Below, piece after piece: positions 29,085 through 37,267 of a stretch of 63,309 nt of DNA. This DNA is from a virus (lineage: Duplodnaviria > Caudoviricetes). A program made the position numbers and the translations under genes. Location of the stretch: IMG/VR virus record IMGVR_UViG_3300036846_000911, positions 1 through 63,309 of that record, one strand, 5' to 3'. The stretch's first letter is position 1; every line of letters begins with the position of its first letter. The notes below the pieces were generated by a model that saw nothing but the letters and a program-made list of their open reading frames with translations, made no database searches and was not told the DNA's origin.

Positions 29085-29766
29085 ATGGCCCGACGGAAGC
29101 CGCATCGAAATACCCGGCCGCCGGCACACCCTGTACTACCGCGACGACGGCGACACCGGCCTGTGCGCCGACGTCGCGGCCGACGCCACCCGCCATTGGT
29201 TCACCGGCCGGGACTGCGCCGGGCTCACCTGGGCCGACCTGCTCGACATCCACGGCGAAGACGACCTGGCCGCCGCCCGCCCCCTGTACCAGCCGACCGA
29301 ACAACGCCCACCCGCCTACCGGCCGGTAACGGTGCTGCTCGGCGGCACCGTCGAAGCGCCCACCGCGTGGGTGTTCACCGACACGGACGACGCACACGCC
29401 GCACGCGCCGACGGCGCCGGCACCGTGCTGCTGCCCACCGTCGTGTTCGGCGTCGGGGTGCTGCCGACCCGGCACACCATCTTCACCGGCTGGGCACGGG
29501 TCGGCCGGGACTTCCACGACGACTGCGCACCGCAGATCGTCCAAACTGAAACCCATCACATCCGACCCGACACGTCCCCGTGGCTGCAATGCAGCGGCGA
29601 CGACCAGGACACCATCGCGGTACTCGGCCACGACGTCCTGGACCTGTACGCCGCCGGCCCCAGCGCCGCCGACGTCATCAACAACCTGGATCTACGGATG
29701 GCGCTACTGATCGACGCACGGATGTCACCACCCACGCCGATCGGCGCCCACGCGGCGCAAATGTGA
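29068..29766 (+). CDS. Hypothetical protein
   Basis: Long ORF with phage codon usage; start uncertain. Confidence 0.55.
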   Translation: MTTLREWPDGSRIEIPGRRHTLYYRDDGDTGLCADVAADATRHWFTGRDCAGLTWADLLDIHGEDDLAAARPLYQPTEQRPPAYRPVTVLLGGTVEAPTAWVFTDTDDAHAARADGAGTVLLPTVVFGVGVLPTRHTIFTGWARVGRDFHDDCAPQIVQTETHHIRPDTSPWLQCSGDDQDTIAVLGHDVLDLYAAGPSAADVINNLDLRMALLIDARMSPPTPIGAHAAQM

Positions 29767-30083
29767 GTGAAGACCCCGACCCGCTCGACGGCCCGCTGAG
29801 CAACCTGGGAATGGCGGCGGCGACCGGCAAATACCTCGCGATCCAGCTGCTCTCCATCGACACCTACGCCCCCGACGAGCGCTCCATCGTGCCCAGCTCC
29901 CGCCCCCGTGAAGTGCAGAGCATCCCGGTCATCTTCGCCTCCGAGGGCGGCTGCGAAGGACGCCACCAGGGGTGCCTGTCACTGCGCTACCGGGCGGCCG
30001 GGGTGTACGGCCGGCTACACCTCACCCCGGCCGATGCGCGGCGCCTGGAGGCCATCCTGCACGCCCTCTGCGCCGGTGAGTGA
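29763..30083 (+). CDS. Hypothetical protein
   Basis: GTGA-coupled ORF. Confidence 0.55.
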   Translation: MSEDPDPLDGPLSNLGMAAATGKYLAIQLLSIDTYAPDERSIVPSSRPREVQSIPVIFASEGGCEGRHQGCLSLRYRAAGVYGRLHLTPADARRLEAILHALCAGE

Positions 30084-30243
30084 CGCCGCAAGCCAGCCTC
30101 ACCCGACCCAGCCCTGACCGATGCGCGTTTGCGCTGCGACTCAGGGCGCCCCGGCGTTCGAACACACGTCTAGTTGAGTGTAGGGGACTCAACTCTGGGG
30201 ATTCGGCGAGAGCCCTTCTCTCAAAAATCGACCTTCGCATCGC

Positions 30244-30700
30244 CATGACAAGTCTTTAACCATCGGCCGACAGGGGCTGACCTGCGGCTATGACAGGAAT
30301 GACAGGAATGACAACTTTCCCGGAAACCGATGATACGTGAAAGGTTCTTCATCGAGACCGTCGAGACGAAACGGCGCCACACGGGCAAGGATTCGAGAGG
30401 GGGCCATGACAACTTTGAGCGATTTGCAACCAGCTCCTAGAGTCTCTTCTATGTCATCTATTATCTCCTATTACTCTCACTACCCTACTTTCACGCAATA
30501 GTTGTCATAGTTGTCATGGACTGTAGGAAGTGCCAGGTCAGAGGCCGAATTTCACAGTGACGAAACGCGCCTGAGAGTTGTCATGCATGACAGGAATTTT
30601 CGTCATGGGACGGTAGATGGCAGAGTGTCAAAATGTCCGCAGATAGGCGATGGTTTCTGACACCAGGGTCCCATGACAAGAATCCATGACAACTTTCTCC
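30244..30700. repeat. Iteron-like ATGACA/TGTCAT repeats flanking an AT-rich core; putative replication origin
   Basis: About 12 ATGACA or TGTCAT copies, e.g. ATGACAGGAATGACAGGAATGACAAC near 30290 and GTTGTCATAGTTGTCAT at 30501; AT/pyrimidine-rich tract ~30440-30500. Confidence 0.55.
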
Positions 30701-30871
30701 ATGGATTTGAGGGCTACCATGTCCGCTTCATGCCCCGATGTCCGTTTTAGAATGATGACGGCTCCGCCGTCCCATTCGAAAACGGACACCAGGTCCTGAA
30801 TCGGACATGGTACGCGGGGGGGCCGCGATGTGAGCTTGCTCACGTCGCGACGGCCTTGACAGTGAGAGCGC

Positions 30872-30908
30872 TCGATGTCCGTTGTCGCTTCGCGACAACG
30901 GACATCGA
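30872..30908. repeat. Perfect 17 bp stem hairpin with 3 nt loop
   Basis: TCGATGTCCGTTGTCGC-TTC-GCGACAACGGACATCGA. Confidence 0.9.
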
Positions 30909-30913
30909 TGCCT

Positions 30914-30951
30914 CGCTCCACTATGGAGCGCATGCGCTCCATAGTGGAGCG
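30914..30951. repeat. Perfect 38 bp palindrome with nested hairpins
   Basis: CGCTCCACTATGGAGCGCA|TGCGCTCCATAGTGGAGCG; each half itself folds (CGCTCCA-3 nt-TGGAGCG). Confidence 0.95.
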
Positions 30952-31498
30952 TCAGCTAGGGGCGGTACTGACATGCGGTCAGTATCGGACAACGGCAGCG
31001 AGGGCTGAACCCGTTGCATGTCAACGCTTTCCGCCATCACTCGCGCCCGGTATGCACCGATATGAGTGCGTGCCACGTCCACATTGGACATGCTTGCGTT
31101 GACCGCAAGCCGGACTGTCCACCTGCGACACGTGCACGGGCCTGCCTGGCGAGCGCCCCATTCGATGTCCCGTGCTGCCCCGTTGTCATGCCCGTCGATG
31201 TCCCCCAGGCTGCCATGCTGTGACGTGCTTCGATGCCGCGTGCGCCGTGTCCAGGTACATGCGTCTATGCCCTTGGCCGGCCGCGGCCTGTCGCATGTGG
31301 ACACCCGTCCAGGTACACCCGTCGATGTCCTGGCCGCGTCTCGCGTGGTGTAGGACCGTCCACCCGCGACCCTCGCACGCTACCGCCCCACCGCTAGCGT
31401 GAGTAGGAATCCTGGCCAGCTGTCAAGCTGCGGAAATGTGGGATAGCCGACACCCGACTTGCTACCGGAATCGCGCAATTAACGACTAGGCTCACGGT

Positions 31499-31873
31499 AT
31501 GACTTCCACACAGACACCCGCTAGCGGGTACGCGCCGCGCCCGGCCACCATGCGCACCATCATCGGCGAACAGCTGGCCTGGCAGGCTGAGGCTGAAACC
31601 CTCGCCGTTGCGCTCTCAGCCGCTATCCGCAGCGACGCGTCCCCGTCCGCGTACACGGACATCCTTGACAACCTTGCCTACGCGATCTTTCAGGGCTGGT
31701 CGGCCGAATGCGGTTTCGAGTCCGACGCTGACGCGTGGGACGTCGTCGAAGAGTTCTGGCAGGCAGGCCGCACGATCGCTAGCGCCATCGACTCACGCGC
31801 GGTGTACCGGGCGGAACTCGCTCACACCCTCGCGATCTACGGCACGATCAACTGGACCTCCGTCCAATCCTGA
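31499..31873 (+). CDS. Hypothetical protein (first gene of hairpin-delimited array)
   Basis: 124 aa acidic ORF; TAGGCT -10-like element just upstream suggests a leaderless start. Confidence 0.65.
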   Translation: MTSTQTPASGYAPRPATMRTIIGEQLAWQAEAETLAVALSAAIRSDASPSAYTDILDNLAYAIFQGWSAECGFESDADAWDVVEEFWQAGRTIASAIDSRAVYRAELAHTLAIYGTINWTSVQS

Positions 31874-31877
31874 CTAT

Positions 31878-31942
31878 CCGGCCACTCGTGGTGGACAACG
31901 GGCGCGTAGCCCGTTGCCTGCCATGTCCGACCGGACAACCAA
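31878..31942 (+). repeat. Conserved intergenic hairpin element, copy 1
   Basis: CCGGCCACTCGTGGTGGACAACGG...CCGTTGCCTGCCATGTCCGACCGGAC. Confidence 0.95.
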
Positions 31943-31959
31943 CCGAACGGAGTCTTGAC

Positions 31960-32550
31960 ATGGCACAGGAATCGGCCGAATCGCTGACCAGCGCGTTTAT
32001 CGGCAAGGCTGACGACACGGAGTGGCGCGCGGTTACGCGTGGCGACATCCGCTACCGCACAGCCAACGGCGCGCCAATCGTCGACGGTATGCGCGCATTC
32101 AACAACAACCTTGACGTCACCATTGTCCGCGTGACGCGCGGCGCCGTTCCCGGTAGCGAGTTTCACGCGAGTTGGGATGGCTGGTTTGAGTGCGAATCGG
32201 TTACGGGCGAGCGCATGCCGATCATGGATGGCGAGCGCTTGACGACGCGTCACCCGTTTACGGGTGAGCGTGCCGACGATGCCGCGCGCGTGGCTATCGC
32301 TGATTTGGACCGTTGGGATTACGCGCGGAGCATGACAGAAGCGCTCGATTGCGTGAAAGAGGAACGCGCGCGTTTGCTGTCCGAACGTCGGTCGAATTTG
32401 GGCTATGCCGTAGCTGACTTGGATTCGCTGTGCGCGCTTTACGGTCTAACTGCCCTGCAAACGCGTGACCTTATGGCGTACGCGCTCGGCTGGCCAGTTG
32501 ACGAATTGCCGATTGTTGAGCCTAGGGCAATCCCGTATCCGTTGGCCTAA
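31960..32550 (+). CDS. Hypothetical protein
   Basis: GGAG RBS then ATG 31960, between hairpin copies 1 and 2. Confidence 0.7.
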   Translation: MAQESAESLTSAFIGKADDTEWRAVTRGDIRYRTANGAPIVDGMRAFNNNLDVTIVRVTRGAVPGSEFHASWDGWFECESVTGERMPIMDGERLTTRHPFTGERADDAARVAIADLDRWDYARSMTEALDCVKEERARLLSERRSNLGYAVADLDSLCALYGLTALQTRDLMAYALGWPVDELPIVEPRAIPYPLA

Positions 32551-32555
32551 CCACC

Positions 32556-32622
32556 CCGGCCACTCGTGGTGGACAACGGCGCGATTCGCTCCGTTGCCTG
32601 CCATGTCCGACCGGACAACCAA
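32556..32622 (+). repeat. Conserved intergenic hairpin element, copy 2
   Basis: Invariant 26-mer at 32591-32616. Confidence 0.95.
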
Positions 32623-32645
32623 TCGCACAGCAAAGGAATGCCGCC

Positions 32646-33623
32646 ATGTCACAGCACACCATCGACTACCTGAACGAAAACACGCTCATTGGTTTCACGG
32701 GCATGCGTGGCAACGCGTGGACGTGGAAGGCCGGTACGGACAATCACTTTGCGGGTGAGGTACCAATGGAGCGCGTACTCCAACTGTTCGCGTGGGAGCC
32801 GACCGTCAATCTGATGGTGTGCCCTTGCGGTTGTGGGGAAACGTGGAAAGCGGTTTCGCGTTCCGACAACCGGCACCGCATGGGTATCTTCAAAGAGGGC
32901 TACGAACCGCACTCTTTCAAGACGTGGCTCGTGGAAGCGGTCGGGACCATTCTTGACGACACGCTCCGTATCGGTTCGGCCGGTCAGCTGCGATTCGGTG
33001 CCGTCGGTTGGGTATCGGCCGAGACTCCCGACACGCTCACTACTCCGGAGGGTGTCGATTTCCGGCCACACTTGCTGGCGACGACGTCTTTTGACGGGAG
33101 CGTTGCCACGACCTATAAGCCGGTCGTGACACGCGTGGTGTGTGACAACACGTTGGAGATGGCAAAGCGCGAAAACAGCGCGACGTACAAAATCAAGCAC
33201 ACGCGCAATAGCGGTTTCCGCGTGGCCAGTGCGCGCGATGCGCTCGGAATCGTCCACGCCGTTGCGGAAGACTTTGAGGCGGAAGTACGCGAGTTGTGCG
33301 CGACTACCGTCACAGAGAAGCAATGGGCTGCATTCCTTGACGCGTACGCGCCGATGCCGGATGACAAGGGTCGTGGCCGCACGATTGCCGAAAACAAGCG
33401 TGACGGTTTGGCGCGCATGTACCGCCACGACTTGCGCGCAGCTCCATGGTCGGGAACGGCTTTCGGTGTGTTGCAGGCGGTTGACACGTGGACGCAACAC
33501 GAACAGACCGTGCGCAACGTCGGACGGGCAGAGCGCAACATGCTCTCCATCGTGACGGGCAAGCACGCGAAAGCCTCTGATGAGGTAGCGACCACGCTGC
33601 GCAAGGTACTTGCCTCTGTCTGA
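32646..33623 (+). CDS. DUF932 (LGT_TIGR03299 phage/plasmid) family protein
   Basis: SAGQLRFG, LLATTSFDGS, TRVVCDNTL, IKHTRN, GTAFGVLQAV motifs. Confidence 0.88.
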   Translation: MSQHTIDYLNENTLIGFTGMRGNAWTWKAGTDNHFAGEVPMERVLQLFAWEPTVNLMVCPCGCGETWKAVSRSDNRHRMGIFKEGYEPHSFKTWLVEAVGTILDDTLRIGSAGQLRFGAVGWVSAETPDTLTTPEGVDFRPHLLATTSFDGSVATTYKPVVTRVVCDNTLEMAKRENSATYKIKHTRNSGFRVASARDALGIVHAVAEDFEAEVRELCATTVTEKQWAAFLDAYAPMPDDKGRGRTIAENKRDGLARMYRHDLRAAPWSGTAFGVLQAVDTWTQHEQTVRNVGRAERNMLSIVTGKHAKASDEVATTLRKVLASV

Positions 33624-33628
33624 CGATT

Positions 33629-33693
33629 CCGGCCACTCATGGTGGGCAACGGGGCAACCCGTTGCCTGCCATGTCCGACCGGACTACCGATCA
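33629..33693 (+). repeat. Conserved intergenic hairpin element, copy 3
   Basis: Invariant 26-mer at 33659-33684; GCAA tetraloop. Confidence 0.95.
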
Positions 33694-33713
33694 CCCGTAC
33701 AGAGGAAACGCAC

Positions 33714-34184
33714 ATGACTACCGACACCGAACCGACCGTGACCGTTCACCCTATGGCAATGGGAGTGTTGCGCGCGATTGCCAGCGACTTGGAGGCAATC
33801 GGCGACACGATCGGACGCGAATCTACGGTGTACCGCGCAATGTCCGACTCGTGGCTACGCGCTTCCGGTAACGTCTGGCGACTCTTGGAGGGTGGCGGTT
33901 CACTCTCCCGTGACGATTCCCGTTCCCTGTATATCGTGACCGGCTACGGCATGCATGTGGGAGTCATCTTTTTCGCCGATCGCGACACCTACAAGGACGC
34001 AATGGTGGCAGGGACCGATCCGATGATGCCGCACGTGAACGCGTGCAGTCGACACAACGGCGCTGCCTACCCGTCGACTACGGAGCATTGCGCCGGTCAT
34101 CCTGGCGAAGGTGCACCGGTACGGGAGTCGTTCTGTATCCGTCGCACCATTCCGATGCCCGGTACATGGAGCCTGCACTCCTGA
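33714..34184 (+). CDS. Hypothetical protein
   Basis: GAGGAAACGCAC-ATG leader; ends GTWSLHS. Confidence 0.7.
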   Translation: MTTDTEPTVTVHPMAMGVLRAIASDLEAIGDTIGRESTVYRAMSDSWLRASGNVWRLLEGGGSLSRDDSRSLYIVTGYGMHVGVIFFADRDTYKDAMVAGTDPMMPHVNACSRHNGAAYPSTTEHCAGHPGEGAPVRESFCIRRTIPMPGTWSLHS

Positions 34185-34260
34185 CCGGTCGGACATGGTG
34201 AGCAACGGCGCGATTGCGATTCGCTCCGTTGCCTGCCATGTCCGACCGGACTACCGATCA
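34185..34260 (+). repeat. Conserved intergenic hairpin element, copy 4 (fully paired basal stem)
   Basis: CCGGTCGGACATGG...CCATGTCCGACCGG; invariant 26-mer at 34226-34251. Confidence 0.95.
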
Positions 34261-34280
34261 ACTCAGCGAAGGAAACGCAC

Positions 34281-34526
34281 ATGAGTACCCACCAATCGCG
34301 CCGTACGGGCCGCACGCGTGCCCGGATGGCTGCCCTAGCCTTGTCTGCCTCTTTGCTCTCTACGGGCGCGTACGGCGCCGTGACTGCCCTTGCCGACCCT
34401 CGCCCGTGGATAGCGTGCGGTCCCGGAGCGTGTACGGCTGGTGTCGACGTCCACGGGTACGCGGTCAGCATGGCTGTGCTGCGGAGCGCTCCGGTCGTTT
34501 CCGTCGTGATCGGTGCCGACCGATGA
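34281..34526 (+). CDS. Small signal-peptide/membrane protein
   Basis: AAGGAAACGCAC-ATG leader; basic N-terminus then hydrophobic stretch. Confidence 0.6.
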   Translation: MSTHQSRRTGRTRARMAALALSASLLSTGAYGAVTALADPRPWIACGPGACTAGVDVHGYAVSMAVLRSAPVVSVVIGADR

Positions 34527-34717
34527 TGCGCGCGCGACGTCGTGAGGCTGTCAGCCTGGCTCTCGCCGCTGTGCTCGGTATCGGTCTGTACGCCGCAGGA
34601 TTCACCCTCCGACCGGAGTGCCAGGCCAGCCGCTGCGAGTTGCTGGTGAGCGCTCCGGGTGAGGCATGGCTGGCGGTTGGCATGCATGGCTGGCACCCGT
34701 ACGCGGTTCACAGCTGA
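34523..34717 (+). CDS. Small signal-anchor protein
   Basis: ATGA overlap; RARRR then hydrophobic helix, Cys pair. Confidence 0.5.
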   Translation: MMRARRREAVSLALAAVLGIGLYAAGFTLRPECQASRCELLVSAPGEAWLAVGMHGWHPYAVHS

Positions 34718-34726
34718 CCTTGGTTC

Positions 34727-34798
34727 GCACGCGTGAACGCGTGTACCTGGACGACCGTCGCATGTGGACGGTGTACCTGGACACGCGTTCACGCGTGC
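34727..34798. repeat. 18 bp inverted repeat enclosing two GTGTACCTGGAC direct repeats
   Basis: GCACGCGTGAACGCGTGT (34727-34744) / ACACGCGTTCACGCGTGC (34781-34798). Confidence 0.9.
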
Positions 34799-34869
34799 TT
34801 GCGCGTATGCGGTAGCGCGTGGTTTACTTGACGGGTACCGCCCGCCGGGAGCAAAGGAGAAGACAACCC

Positions 34870-35076
34870 ATGACGCTTGCCCGCATATGGGATGCGAATT
34901 TTAGTCACCGCTACATCGACGTTGTCGACGTAACCGACGGAATGCTTGAGCTTGAGCTTCCGGACGGCGAGTCGCTGATGTTGAGCGAGGGCAGTGCGCG
35001 CGTTTTGCGGCGCGAGATCAACCGCTACCTCGCCGGCCAGGCCCAACTGGCTAAGCAAGCGTCGCAAGACTCTTGA
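34870..35076 (+). CDS. Hypothetical protein
   Basis: AAAGGAG RBS, ATG 34870. Confidence 0.6.
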   Translation: MTLARIWDANFSHRYIDVVDVTDGMLELELPDGESLMLSEGSARVLRREINRYLAGQAQLAKQASQDS

Positions 35077-35118
35077 CCGGCCGGTCACCCGCGAGGCAAC
35101 GTGCCTAGCGTCTCGTCA

Positions 35119-35158
35119 AAGCTGGCACGGTGTGGCCTAGCTCACACCGTGCCAGCTT
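35119..35158. repeat. 16 bp stem hairpin
   Basis: AAGCTGGCACGGTGTG-GCCTAGCT-CACACCGTGCCAGCTT. Confidence 0.85.
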
Positions 35159-35191
35159 GCGGGAACCCGGTAGCAGGGCTAGACTTTCGGT

Positions 35192-35662
35192 ATGAGCACA
35201 GAGAGCAACACGGAGGGCGCGGGGGCCGCGCGCGCGGGCCGCCCGGCCGCAGCCGCGCCCACCACGGCCGAAACCGGCGACGCGGCGCCCGACCCGGCCG
35301 TGGTGGCCGCAGCCCTGGACGGGTACGTCGAGTGTGCGCTGTGGTCCGAGCTGGACGACGACGGCGAGCCGCTGGACGCCCACCACGCACGGGAGGCGAT
35401 CCACGTCGACAGTCTCGCCGACATGTACGCCGATGTGCTGGCGTTCATCCGTGGTTGCCTGCAAGAGCGCCCGGACGTGTTCGAGGGTATGGCACCCGGC
35501 CAGATAGGCCACGATTTCTGGCTGACTCGCAACCATCACGGCGCGGGTTTCTGGGATCGCGGGTTGGGCGAACGGGGCGAGTGGTTGACGGCCATGGCCC
35601 ATCCGTACGGAGACGCATCGCTGTACGTCGGCGATGATGGCAACGTGTACTACAACGGCTAG
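35192..35662 (+). CDS. Conserved phage early-region protein (GHDFWLTRNxHGAGFWDR family)
   Basis: YVECALWSE...QIGHDFWLTRNHHGAGFWDRG motif; acidic. Confidence 0.75.
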   Translation: MSTESNTEGAGAARAGRPAAAAPTTAETGDAAPDPAVVAAALDGYVECALWSELDDDGEPLDAHHAREAIHVDSLADMYADVLAFIRGCLQERPDVFEGMAPGQIGHDFWLTRNHHGAGFWDRGLGERGEWLTAMAHPYGDASLYVGDDGNVYYNG

Positions 35663-35671
35663 GAGACGACC

Positions 35672-35992
35672 ATGATGGACACAGAAACGTACGTGCTGAA
35701 CGCGAATGTGGAGATGCACAGGATCGAGATGTGCCCCGATTGCGTGCTCATCACAGCCAACGGCGAGCCCGGCGGCGACCCGGCGGATTTCGACCTGGAC
35801 CGTTGGTCGGCCGGGGTTGAGAATTTGTGGCCGCACGCGGACGGCTGGTCGTTCGGCAATGGCTGGTCGGACCCGGACGCGGAGCCGTGGTTTTCCTGGA
35901 GCCCGTGCGAGGGTTGCGGGTCAACACTCGGCGGGGATCGCGAGTACGGGTACGTGGGAAGGCCCGCATCAAGATCAACTTCTCCGGAGTGA
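35672..35992 (+). CDS. Small Zn-binding acidic protein
   Basis: CPDC...ANGE...FSWSPCEGCGSTLGGDR. Confidence 0.7.
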   Translation: MMDTETYVLNANVEMHRIEMCPDCVLITANGEPGGDPADFDLDRWSAGVENLWPHADGWSFGNGWSDPDAEPWFSWSPCEGCGSTLGGDREYGYVGRPASRSTSPE

Positions 35993-36078
35993 TCCTGGGA
36001 AGGCCATCGACCAAGATCAACTTCACTATCAAGATCATCTTCTCTAGGTGGGTCCACGGGGATCACCTATCAAGATCA
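35970..36078 (+). repeat. Cluster of CAAGATCA direct repeats (operator-like)
   Basis: Copies at 35970, 36012, 36030, 36071; further copies at 36456, 36518, 36814, 37282. Confidence 0.65.
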
Positions 36079-36103
36079 TTCGCGAGTTGGAGAAGGGCAC
36101 ATC

Positions 36104-36310
36104 ATGATCAGCACGACCGCTTGCGGCTACTGCGGGCTACCCGCCGAGGAAGCCGAGACACCGTTGGGCATCGCGTGGGTTCACGGCGAAGGCACCCCGG
36201 ATGTCCCGGCCGTCACGTCGCCGGGCGACTTTGTCACCGGGAACCACCGACCAGGCACCAGGATCAACCCGGTCGACCTGGTGGACGACGACGACGAGAC
36301 GCCTTCATGA
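36104..36310 (+). CDS. Hypothetical protein
   Basis: CGYCG, WVH; 68 aa. Confidence 0.5.
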   Translation: MISTTACGYCGLPAEEAETPLGIAWVHGEGTPDVPAVTSPGDFVTGNHRPGTRINPVDLVDDDDETPS

Positions 36311-36348
36311 TCGTTTACCGACCGCTCAACGTTCCGCGTTGAGCGCGC

Positions 36349-36440
36349 GGGCCGCGCAAGCTCAGTGATGGAGAGAGCACCGATCCCGCGCCTATCGGGC
36401 CAGTGTTCGGCGACCGCAGGTTCGAATCCTGCCCGGCCCA
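36349..36440 (+). ncRNA. tRNA-like element with non-canonical anticodon arm (pseudo-tRNA or tRNA mimic)
   Basis: Acceptor GGGCCG/CGGCCC, D arm GCTC-AGTGATGGAGA-GAGC, T arm GCAGG-TTCGAAT-CCTGC; anticodon stem CCGAT/ATCGG with 9 nt loop; no CCA. Confidence 0.65.
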
Positions 36441-36494
36441 CGCATCAAACGGCACCAAGATCAACTACCCAGCCGGAAGCAGGGAGCGTCGGGC

Positions 36495-36752
36495 ATGTCG
36501 CAGGTGACATACCTAGTCAAGATCAACGTGGATAGCGCCGCGTGGGCCACCGAATACGGCCATGCGGACATCTTCGACGCGGCGCTCGACGCCGCACAGC
36601 ACGTGACGTCCGCCGAATACGCGCAGGCCATGATCGACGCCGTCAAGGCGTTGGGCGCGAGCGGCCTGTACCAGGTCGACGCGGCGGTGATCGACACCAC
36701 CACCGATGACGTCCCGTTCACCCCGCTGGAAAACCCGCCCGTGAATCGGTGA
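36495..36752 (+). CDS. Hypothetical protein
   Basis: GAAGCAGGGAGC leader. Confidence 0.6.
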   Translation: MSQVTYLVKINVDSAAWATEYGHADIFDAALDAAQHVTSAEYAQAMIDAVKALGASGLYQVDAAVIDTTTDDVPFTPLENPPVNR

Positions 36753-36796
36753 CCACCCCGTCAGGATCAAGTGCAGAAGCAGGGAGCAAGGCGACC

Positions 36797-37267
36797 ATGG
36801 ATACAACCCAACTCAAGATCATCCGCAGCGTTGAGCGGATCGGCCGGAACACGGCCAACGGAAACCCGGTCTACCGGGTGTCCTTCACCGACGGCACGGA
36901 AGGCACGACGGTCGCGGACGGCTCGATCGGTTTCATGATCGACAATTCCGACCTGCGTGATGTTCCGGTCTGGATCTCCACGCGGGACAACAAGATCGCC
37001 GCCGCCCAGCGCGCCACCTGCGGCTACGCCGCCGCCCACCGGGGCAGGCCCGCCGCCGCCATCATCGACTGCGGCCCGATCGTCGGTCTGGTGGCGGCAT
37101 GTGCGGCATGCGCGGACCTGTACGCAAGTCTTATCCGGTGCCGCTACTGCCTGGCGAACATCGGGCCGGAACGCGGCGTCTACGTCGACCGTCACCACTC
37201 GTCCACGTGCGAGCAATCGCCGACGAAACACCACCGGCCCACGGTCGACGCGGAAGCGAGCGCGTGA
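36797..37267 (+). CDS. Hypothetical protein with C-terminal Cys motifs
   Basis: Same GAAGCAGGGAGC leader; NTANGNPVYRVSF. Confidence 0.6.
   Translation: MDTTQLKIIRSVERIGRNTANGNPVYRVSFTDGTEGTTVADGSIGFMIDNSDLRDVPVWISTRDNKIAAAQRATCGYAAAHRGRPAAAIIDCGPIVGLVAACAACADLYASLIRCRYCLANIGPERGVYVDRHHSSTCEQSPTKHHRPTVDAEASA

Noticed and set aside
30914-30951. Protelomerase (telRL) linear-prophage system
   Set aside because: No protelomerase is recognisable; the only tyrosine recombinase is a standard integrase with its own attP. Kept only as an unexplained palindrome
30084-31498. Short ORFs in the 30.1-31.5 kb region
   Set aside because: Repeat-derived low-complexity translations (SCHSCHSCHS; MERMRSIVER on both strands from the palindrome) with no RBS; treated as non-coding
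31878-34260. CRISPR array interpretation of the four repeats
   Set aside because: The spacers are whole genes of 0.5-1 kb, the repeats are ~65 bp, and there is no cas operon; the Cas4-like gene is an ordinary phage exonuclease in the replication module
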